A program made the translations under genes and the position numbers. A stretch of DNA of 64,000 nt from Escherichia phage FL04, in the sequence record PP358550; one strand, written 5' to 3'. Below the pieces are notes generated by a model that worked only from the letters and a program-made list of their open reading frames with translations, was not told the origin of the DNA and did not search any database. This document shows, piece by piece, positions 17,939-24,306 of the stretch (the first letter of the stretch is position 1; each line of letters opens with the position of its first letter).

Positions 17939-18211
17939 ATGAGCAACGAAAACAGCAAAGTGTTAGCAATTGCAAATAAAGTAGGTTACTGGAAATGCTG
18001 GGATGATATGGAGAAATTAGGCGGTCGCTATCTCGATAACTTAGAGTTGCATTATTGCCAAGCGCGTAATGCAGAAGTTGCTGGAGTAGCAATTGAAGAT
18101 ATCCCGTCTAAGGTCTTCGGATTCTCTAAAGATGATACTCTAGAATATGTTTTCAAGGCTGTTATGGATCAAGCATGGGAAGACGCAGAGACACGCGCTC
18201 TTGATTGGTGA
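17939..18211 (+). CDS. hypothetical protein (90 aa)
   Basis: AAGGAGAATCAAAGATG initiation region. Confidence 0.6.
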   Translation: MSNENSKVLAIANKVGYWKCWDDMEKLGGRYLDNLELHYCQARNAEVAGVAIEDIPSKVFGFSKDDTLEYVFKAVMDQAWEDAETRALDW

Positions 18212-18215
18212 TAAT

Positions 18216-18386
18216 ATGAACTGGTATAAAATTTGGAAAAATCAGGTGGAGGCTTATCTAGGGTATAAGCCCACCGACAAAGAATTACTTGATGCAATGT
18301 ATGAAGACGGACTAAATCCGAAAGTAGCCGCGCAAGAATACGCGGAATGGGTGAAGGTCGAAGATAACCTAAAGAGGAAACTATGA
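18216..18386 (+). CDS. hypothetical small protein (56 aa)
   Basis: ATG 18216 just after upstream stop. Confidence 0.45.
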   Translation: MNWYKIWKNQVEAYLGYKPTDKELLDAMYEDGLNPKVAAQEYAEWVKVEDNLKRKL

Positions 18387-18607
18387 AGAAAATGATTGCG
18401 ATTGCTTTGTTGGCGAGCGCATGTACTGTAAATGCTAACACCGCAGCGATGGTCGCGGCTGTAACTGCCGCAAATGCTTCCGTTATGGCATCGCAAGAGG
18501 CAGCACGCCAGCAAGCACAACAAGAAGCCAAGCGAAAAGCACATGAGGCGACGAAAAATTTTCACGAAAATAACAAAAAACTAGTTGACGCCAAAGGTCA
18601 TCGGTAG
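18383..18607 (+). CDS. hypothetical secreted protein (74 aa)
   Basis: Signal-peptide-like N-terminus MKKMIAIALLASACTVNA; Ala/Gln-rich mature part. Confidence 0.55.
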   Translation: MKKMIAIALLASACTVNANTAAMVAAVTAANASVMASQEAARQQAQQEAKRKAHEATKNFHENNKKLVDAKGHR

Positions 18608-18613
18608 TATTAT
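18585..18613 (+). promoter_or_regulatory. PeSL-type early promoter (degenerate hairpin)
   Basis: TTGACG-17-TATTAT; imperfect GGTAGTA/TACTCCC repeat. Confidence 0.55.
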
Positions 18614-18647
18614 ACTCCCATACCGAAACGAACTGGAGGAAATAAAA

Positions 18648-18890
18648 ATGGTTAAAGTGAATGTTATCGAAGTTGCACTGTACGACGCTGGGATCTTCCT
18701 GAATGAAAAAGAAGCTGCCGTGCTCGATGAACTGAAAACTGTTTTTGTTCCTGTAGTCGAAGACGATGAAGCAATCAAAATCGCTTCTCGTAAACTGTCC
18801 CGCGAAGCATTCGACATGATTGATCCGGTTTTCAAAGTTATGCACGAATGCGCGGTTATGATGACCGAAGAAGAAGCGAAAAATTTCTAA
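18648..18890 (+). CDS. hypothetical protein (80 aa)
   Basis: GGAGGAAATAAAAATG initiation region. Confidence 0.6.
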   Translation: MVKVNVIEVALYDAGIFLNEKEAAVLDELKTVFVPVVEDDEAIKIASRKLSREAFDMIDPVFKVMHECAVMMTEEEAKNF

Positions 18891-18897
18891 AAACTAG

Positions 18898-18932
18898 TTG
18901 ACGTAAAGATAAGGGAGTAGTAATATACTCCC
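18898..18932 (+). promoter_or_regulatory. PeSL-type early promoter
   Basis: TTGACG-17-TAATAT with GGGAGTA/TACTCCC hairpin. Confidence 0.65.
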
Positions 18933-18955
18933 ATACCAAACGAAAGGAGAATCAC

Positions 18956-19168
18956 ATGAAATCTATTGAGCAAGTAGTGACTGAATTTATGAGCTACGAA
19001 GGAAACCGCATCTTTGGACGTTCTCAAGTTCGCGAGATCGTAGAAGAAGTTGCGGGAGAGTTTGCGGAATCTGGTCACGTTATCACGCAAGAACGTAAAG
19101 AAGAAGCAGTAAGCCAGATCATGGCTATGCAGAAAATGCGTATTAATGCACGAGCGGGTAAAAATTAA
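18956..19168 (+). CDS. hypothetical protein (70 aa)
   Basis: AAGGAGAATCACATG initiation region. Confidence 0.6.
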   Translation: MKSIEQVVTEFMSYEGNRIFGRSQVREIVEEVAGEFAESGHVITQERKEEAVSQIMAMQKMRINARAGKN

Positions 19169-19178
19169 AAAATAGTTG

Positions 19179-19207
19179 TTGACAGGGGATCGCCGATCCC
19201 CTATAAT
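19179..19207 (+). promoter_or_regulatory. PeSL-type early promoter with palindromic 17-nt spacer
   Basis: TTGACA-GGGGATCGCCGATCCCC-TATAAT. Confidence 0.7.
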
Positions 19208-19238
19208 GAACTCATCAAGACAACGAAGGAGAATCAAA

Positions 19239-19394
19239 ATGAAACATACTCACAAATTAATGGTTAAATTTGAAGGCGCTAAGGGATATGAACGTTACGG
19301 TGTATTCTTCTCTGAGGATGATGCATGGGATGCTGGTTTGGCGACGTTCGCCGAGCACAACAACATTGAAGACTTTACTGTAGAAGAAATTTAA
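19239..19394 (+). CDS. hypothetical small protein (51 aa)
   Basis: AAGGAGAATCAAAATG initiation region. Confidence 0.5.
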   Translation: MKHTHKLMVKFEGAKGYERYGVFFSEDDAWDAGLATFAEHNNIEDFTVEEI

Positions 19395-19401
19395 AAAGTA
19401 T

Positions 19402-19436
19402 TTGACATCGGATTAAGGGAGTAGTAAGATACTCCC
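19402..19436 (+). promoter_or_regulatory. PeSL-type early promoter
   Basis: TTGACA-17-TAAGAT with GGGAGTA/TACTCCC hairpin. Confidence 0.65.
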
Positions 19437-19464
19437 ATCAAGACAAAACACTGAGGAATATATT

Positions 19465-20211
19465 ATGAAAAACATTATCGCTGCTATCGTTCTTTCTGCT
19501 ACTGCTTTCGGTGCTAACGCTGCGTCCTTTGATTGCGCTAAAGCTACTACCAAATCAGAGAAGTTTATTTGTGCTAATGAGTCTATCTCCGCACTGGACT
19601 CTAAACTTCATGAGGTGTATGTTAAGGCTGTTAAGATTGATCCGTCTCTGAAACAAGAGCAACGAAACTGGAATAAAACTGTTCGTGATACAATGATCAA
19701 TATCGGGCAGATTCAGCCACTGGAGGCTGTATATAACGCTCAAATCCAAAACTTGATGAATGTATTACCTAAAGAAGAAAGCGATTCAGAGACTTCTGCG
19801 AAGGTTGAAGAAGAACAACCGAAACAGGAAGCAAAAGTGGTAGAAGAACCGAAGGTCGAAACTTTTACCTATCAATGCACCGTTCGTTATGAGTGGAGTA
19901 TGAAAGATGGAATTTCCACAAAAATTAAAGAGGCTCCACTGTATGCAAAATATGGAAACCAGCCAGGGGATCTTAAAGTAACCATTAAAAATGGGAAGAT
20001 GGTTGATTTTGTATACATTGATGAATACAACGTACACAAAGCAAACGTACAAGAAACCGTTATGACTAAAGGCGGGTTTTATAAGAATGTTGGCAAGAAA
20101 GATCTATATGAATACTCCGTTTTCGAACCAAACGACGGAACTATTCGATTTGAAAAACGTCATCCTACATTCGGTGGCGCAATTGATGTAGATCAATACG
20201 TTTGCAAGTAA
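19465..20211 (+). CDS. secreted DUF1311/LprI-like domain protein
   Basis: 248 aa; signal peptide MKNIIAAIVLSATAFGANA; FDCAKATTKSEKFICANESISALDSKLHEVY...QRNWNK pattern typical of DUF1311 (LprI-like); acidic linker; C-terminal Cys-containing domain. Confidence 0.6.
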   Translation: MKNIIAAIVLSATAFGANAASFDCAKATTKSEKFICANESISALDSKLHEVYVKAVKIDPSLKQEQRNWNKTVRDTMINIGQIQPLEAVYNAQIQNLMNVLPKEESDSETSAKVEEEQPKQEAKVVEEPKVETFTYQCTVRYEWSMKDGISTKIKEAPLYAKYGNQPGDLKVTIKNGKMVDFVYIDEYNVHKANVQETVMTKGGFYKNVGKKDLYEYSVFEPNDGTIRFEKRHPTFGGAIDVDQYVCK

Positions 20212-20222
20212 GAGGTTAAATT

Positions 20223-20495
20223 ATGCAATTCAATAACATGAAGATTACAAAAGATTGGTGGAAGGCGATGCAAGATACTCCAGAAACCAAATTAAGCGAG
20301 ACAACAACCACAATACAAGTTGATTACGAAGATCCGAAAGACATATACAGAGAGCTTATAAAAGCTGGAAACTATCAAACACCAGATGGCCTTATTGACA
20401 TGATGGTTAAAGGTCTGTATAGTGGTAAAAATCCAGATATTTTACCGTGGTACGAGGGATATTTTAAAACATATCGTGACCACAACCGAAAATAA
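20223..20495 (+). CDS. hypothetical protein (90 aa)
   Basis: GAGG RBS. Confidence 0.55.
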   Translation: MQFNNMKITKDWWKAMQDTPETKLSETTTTIQVDYEDPKDIYRELIKAGNYQTPDGLIDMMVKGLYSGKNPDILPWYEGYFKTYRDHNRK

Positions 20496-20518
20496 TTTGT
20501 TGACGTGAGGATTATATT

Positions 20519-20710
20519 ATGGTAATTTTTAATCGTGATGGTATTATAGTTCGACAGCATCCATTCCTTGAATACTATCAGGTTGAACAATGGGGATATG
20601 GAGATTGCAACCGCTCATACGGTCAAAGCTGGGGATACCGTACAGTTTTTGAATCAACTAATATTGACAAAGTACGACAGAAAGTTTTAGAACTTCTTAA
20701 CGATAAGTGA
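20519..20710 (+). CDS. hypothetical protein (63 aa)
   Basis: GTGAGGATTATATTATG initiation motif. Confidence 0.55.
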   Translation: MVIFNRDGIIVRQHPFLEYYQVEQWGYGDCNRSYGQSWGYRTVFESTNIDKVRQKVLELLNDK

Positions 20711-20720
20711 GGATTACATC

Positions 20721-21089
20721 ATGGAAATTCAAAACAATTACGAAAAATGTGTTATTATCAATGATCTGCAACGTCAATTGCATCATTACGAAACCGATTA
20801 TAAAACAGCAACCAAAACCGGAAAGCTGAAAGTGTGGGAAGTCTGGTATAACCGGAACTATCTGGGAAGCATCCACAAACTTGATCGCAGTGATGTTTAT
20901 ACAATGCATGTGGGCGCGTGTGGCGAATCGGATGTAGCATCTAATTTCATGGAAGCACTTGCATTCTATGTAGAATATCTGGTAGACTATATCGAGTTGG
21001 AAGAGGAAGTGGTAGAATTGCTTCCTCCACCGGAAGAAGCGCCGGAAGCAACGATCCTGAAAGCATTAAAGAAAATCTTTGTTAAGTGA
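20721..21089 (+). CDS. hypothetical protein (122 aa)
   Basis: GTGAGGATTACATCATG initiation motif. Confidence 0.55.
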   Translation: MEIQNNYEKCVIINDLQRQLHHYETDYKTATKTGKLKVWEVWYNRNYLGSIHKLDRSDVYTMHVGACGESDVASNFMEALAFYVEYLVDYIELEEEVVELLPPPEEAPEATILKALKKIFVK

Positions 21090-21097
21090 GGTGAACT

Positions 21098-21430
21098 ATG
21101 AAAAATGTACTGATTGTGTGGGAACTGATTCCAGAAACTACTGAATTATATATGGTACAGGTTGATAATAAAGAATTTGAAATTCTGAAACGCGTCAACT
21201 GCAAATATATTAACATTGATGACATGACCCCAGAAATGGACTATGTAAACTATGCTCTCATGCAGCCTAGTTGGATTATGGATGAAACCAAAGCAGACGC
21301 CGAATCGCTGGGTGTGCCGGAAGAAGTATTAGCGAAATGGCATCAATTCAAAGTTGAAATAAAAGAGGGTGAACCGTTTATTCCTAGCGGTATGATCGAT
21401 GCGGTGATTGTAACAGGTTTTCATCTGTAA
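21098..21430 (+). CDS. hypothetical protein (110 aa)
   Basis: GTGAGGTGAACTATG initiation motif. Confidence 0.55.
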   Translation: MKNVLIVWELIPETTELYMVQVDNKEFEILKRVNCKYINIDDMTPEMDYVNYALMQPSWIMDETKADAESLGVPEEVLAKWHQFKVEIKEGEPFIPSGMIDAVIVTGFHL

Positions 21431-21442
21431 GGACATTATACA

Positions 21443-21775
21443 ATGTTTAACTATGACAAATATGAATCATGGAAAGCGACCGAATTGAAAGAGGCAGCGC
21501 GGTTAATCACACCGCGTCTTTATCCGGTGTTGTTTAGCGCCGATAAAGTAACAAGGGAAGTAAACGAGGCTCTATCGGTTTTAGGCTATCTGATCGATAA
21601 AGTAGAGAAAACATCGGTATTCACAAATAGTGTAGAATATACCCGGTATCGAGTGTTTTTAGATTCCTTGCTCGTTGTCATTAAGGCACTAAATGATCAT
21701 AACTACACCATGAACATGACGAAAATAATCGACGAAGCAAGAATTATGACAGAGAATATTTTCGGTAAATTTTGA
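21443..21775 (+). CDS. hypothetical protein (110 aa), tandem paralog of 21890..22213
   Basis: C-terminal ...DEARIMTENIFGKF versus paralog ...NDARKLAENVYGKF. Confidence 0.55.
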   Translation: MFNYDKYESWKATELKEAARLITPRLYPVLFSADKVTREVNEALSVLGYLIDKVEKTSVFTNSVEYTRYRVFLDSLLVVIKALNDHNYTMNMTKIIDEARIMTENIFGKF

Positions 21776-21889
21776 TTATGAAAGATGATGAATCATTGAA
21801 AATTGCACTGGTTATGCTATTACAAGGTATAGAATTAGCAAACCACGAAAAAATGTTGACACAACAGCGTGAAATTATGAGAGGTGATT

Positions 21890-22213
21890 ATGATCGAGTT
21901 TGAAATTGACAACTTTCACGAAAAAGCAGAAGACCTAACCAAAATTTTGATTAGTCGAGGTGCATATAATACGAAAGATATTATAAAAGAAGTTAATGTA
22001 GCGATGGACGCGATCCGAAAGGAATTTAAACATATTTCAGCGATTGGAGAAAATGGTCATCTTGAAGATGTTGAGCTGGTAGCACTGCGACGCTATTACT
22101 TCTTTGTTGATTGCATCATTGATCTAGCTAAAAATTATAGTCATTACATGAAAGATATTGTAAACGATGCACGTAAGTTGGCAGAGAATGTTTACGGGAA
22201 GTTTCCAGAATGA
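21890..22213 (+). CDS. hypothetical protein (107 aa), tandem paralog of 21443..21775
   Basis: ATG 21890 after GAGGTGA; shared C-terminal motif. Confidence 0.55.
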   Translation: MIEFEIDNFHEKAEDLTKILISRGAYNTKDIIKEVNVAMDAIRKEFKHISAIGENGHLEDVELVALRRYYFFVDCIIDLAKNYSHYMKDIVNDARKLAENVYGKFPE

Positions 22214-22458
22214 AATTAGAACAAGCGATTGTATACTTTGAGATGGGCTATGATATTGCTCGTGTAGAGTGGGAAGATGGTGATTTTGTCCGATTGATTG
22301 ATCTTCCAGAAACAGCTATTGCACTGGTCAAAGTAGAAAACGGCATACAACGAAATTACGCGTTTTCTGACGAAGACAAACAAGCCGATGACTGGTACGC
22401 TACCTGTTTTCATCATACAGCGTCAAAATGTGATTCAGGGGCTTCTATGCGCCAATAA
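22210..22458 (+). CDS. hypothetical protein (82 aa)
   Basis: Start overlaps upstream stop; last + strand gene before convergent terminator. Confidence 0.5.
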   Translation: MKLEQAIVYFEMGYDIARVEWEDGDFVRLIDLPETAIALVKVENGIQRNYAFSDEDKQADDWYATCFHHTASKCDSGASMRQ

Positions 22459-22490
22459 AAAGAAGGGGAGGCCGAAAGGCTTCCCCTTTA
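22455..22490. terminator. bidirectional terminator between convergent early (+) and late (-) units
   Basis: GGGGAGGCC-GAAA-GGCTTCCCC hairpin; T-run on - strand side (TTCTTTTTAT), short T-run on + side. Confidence 0.65.
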
Positions 22491-22492
22491 AG

Positions 22493-23149
22493 TTATCTAA
22501 TCCTTCCGAGGATTCTGGCAGATTGATTGCAAAGAGTATCTAAATTCTCAATGTCAATATCCGGTTTATTCTTCCATGAAATGGCGATACTACCAGAATA
22601 GACATTATCGAGATTGAATATAGGACAAGAATACATGAAACCTATATCGATATTCTCTAATTTCTTTTCTCTTGATGGAATATACTGGAAATCTTTATCG
22701 GTAAAATAGGATTTACCTAAAAGATGCCTACGATATTCTTCACTCGTTTTATTGATAGGGAATCCGCCTAAATTTTTTTCATCGATTGTATGCGGTAGCT
22801 TTCCTTCATATGCCACCAAATCAACAAAATAGTTTAGGTTTTTCGGACGAAAACTAAAAACAGCAGAAAAATCGGCATCAGCCGACACATGAACTATCTG
22901 TAACTGCTCCTGTGCTGCATTATCAAAATTGCGGTCTTTCTCTACCTGGAGAACGTGAGCATAAGTCTCATAACGAGTCTCTTTATACAAGGCAAATAAC
23001 TCGTTTTTACTATAGACGACAAATGCTAATATGGACAACACGACGGCAGCAAAAACACGAAGTACGAGCAACTCCGTGCTTTTAGTTGTGAAAATAGCGC
23101 GCAGGACATTTGAGATAGCAAAGTCTTTCCCTTTTTCAGAAACTTGCAT
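22493..23149 (-). CDS. t: holin T
   Basis: 218 aa, same length as T4 holin; conserved blocks EQLQIVH.S..ADFSAV.SFRPKNLNYFVD..AYEGKLP, MYSCP.FNLDN.Y.G, ARILGR; single N-terminal TM. Confidence 0.9.
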   Translation of the reverse strand: MQVSEKGKDFAISNVLRAIFTTKSTELLVLRVFAAVVLSILAFVVYSKNELFALYKETRYETYAHVLQVEKDRNFDNAAQEQLQIVHVSADADFSAVFSFRPKNLNYFVDLVAYEGKLPHTIDEKNLGGFPINKTSEEYRRHLLGKSYFTDKDFQYIPSREKKLENIDIGFMYSCPIFNLDNVYSGSIAISWKNKPDIDIENLDTLCNQSARILGRIR

Positions 23150-23182
23150 ATAATGCCCTAAGATAACTATGACAGTGTACTC

Positions 23183-23422
23183 TTATTTAGGTACTTGACT
23201 ATCACTATTTTTATTTTGCTCGTTGCTATCTTCTGACTGATCTTTATTAAACTCCTTATAAAGTTCTTCCACAAAACGATCATCAATTGGCGTATTGGTA
23301 TAAGCCGCAAGACGACGAGCGCAATAGAAGAAAATTTTAGTGAGCATCTTTTCACTAATTAACTTTGACAATAATTTCATTCCGAAATTAGACAAAGCAC
23401 CAATGACGATATTATAGACCAT
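23183..23422 (-). CDS. hypothetical small protein (79 aa) between adhesin and holin genes
   Basis: AAGGAG 7 nt upstream of ATG on - strand; hydrophobic N-terminus, acidic C-terminus. Confidence 0.5.
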   Translation of the reverse strand: MVYNIVIGALSNFGMKLLSKLISEKMLTKIFFYCARRLAAYTNTPIDDRFVEELYKEFNKDQSEDSNEQNKNSDSQVPK

Positions 23423-23487
23423 AGCCGTTTCTCCTTAGTAGTTTCCCCTTCCGTGGGAGTTTTCCTTAATTCTTTTTATAATTGCGT

Positions 23488-24270
23488 CTAAACAGCCGGT
23501 CCGTAAATAGCTCCGCGATTTTGCCACGTTGGAGAAGACCCTATAACAGCATATCCAGAATCGCCGCCATTATATTCAGATCCTTGACCACGAATATTAC
23601 ATCTACCTCCTGCGGCGCCTACCTCACCACCGCTTCCACCATTATAGATACCGTTCACGGACCCCGAACCGGGCGCATAAAGAGTACCAGCAGTTGCGCC
23701 TGATTGCATATCAATAGATCCGCCCGGCGCACCAAACGGACGCCCACCGCCACCGCCAAAGGTTAATCTCATTTGTGAAAAAGGAGAATAATACCCACCA
23801 CCGCCACCGCCACCGCCACCTGCAATAGCTCCACCATTATTAATTCTTAGTCTCCCACCAATATCATTTTGAATACAATGCCCACCGGCTGATCCAGGAC
23901 CATTGCTACCGCCATTCCCGCCACGACCATACATCGTTACGCCATGTATATTCAACTGAACATATTCATTCGGTGTATCTCCGTACATAAAGAATAAAGG
24001 AACATCTTTAGAATATGATACTAAATCTCCAGTGATATTAAACACTATAGGTGTACTACCTGCTTCAAAGCATCTATCACGGAACCACTGACCGTTGAAG
24101 TTATGGTCTGCACCAAGTGTATGAATAATTTCTCGCGAGCGACCTGCAAATTGACTCATCCAGCAAGGAACACCCAATCTTAATTGACCAGCCGCTTGAC
24201 TCATCCATCTTTGTCCTGTTTCATTTGCGGCTGAACTTCCAATCCAACCAGGAACACCAACTACTGCCAT
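23488..24270 (-). CDS. 38: receptor-recognising tail fibre adhesin gp38 (T2-type, glycine-rich motifs)
   Basis: 260 aa; N-terminus [48 protein letters not shown] matches T2-type gp38 attachment domain; poly-Gly motifs ([11 protein letters not shown]). Confidence 0.88.
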   Translation of the reverse strand: MAVVGVPGWIGSSAANETGQRWMSQAAGQLRLGVPCWMSQFAGRSREIIHTLGADHNFNGQWFRDRCFEAGSTPIVFNITGDLVSYSKDVPLFFMYGDTPNEYVQLNIHGVTMYGRGGNGGSNGPGSAGGHCIQNDIGGRLRINNGGAIAGGGGGGGGGYYSPFSQMRLTFGGGGGRPFGAPGGSIDMQSGATAGTLYAPGSGSVNGIYNGGSGGEVGAAGGRCNIRGQGSEYNGGDSGYAVIGSSPTWQNRGAIYGPAV

Positions 24271-24285
24271 AATTTATACTCCAAA

Positions 24286-24300
24286 GGGGGCGTTGCCCCC
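24286..24300 (-). other. GC hairpin (GGGGGC-N3-GCCCCC) in the 37-38 intercistronic region, no U-tract
   Basis: Perfect 6-bp G/C stem; member of a recurring hairpin family (also 30017, 42099, 54848). Confidence 0.5.
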
Positions 24301-24306
24301 TTGTTG

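Noticed and set aside
17879-19436. Repeated ~35-bp elements as a CRISPR array
   Set aside because: Repeats are irregularly spaced (250-750 bp), each contains -35/-10 promoter hexamers and is followed by RBS plus ORF; no short uniform spacers.
20500-20528. TTGACG as a promoter -35 element
   Set aside because: No acceptable -10 at 16-18 nt spacing and the downstream ATG (20519) would precede any start site; the sequence is part of the recurring GTGAGGATTATATTATG translation-initiation motif.
21778-21903. 41-aa ORF between the two tandem paralogs
   Set aside because: No RBS, overlaps the start of the next gene and is very short.
16953-22458. Search for MotA and AsiA among the ORFs between gp52 and t
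   Set aside because: No ORF of suitable size or sequence resembles either as I recall them; the absence is reported as a finding rather than annotating any ORF as such.
24271-24285. TATAAATT on the - strand as a late promoter for gp38
   Set aside because: Directly abuts the gp38 start codon, so any transcript would start inside the gene; more likely the RBS spacer.
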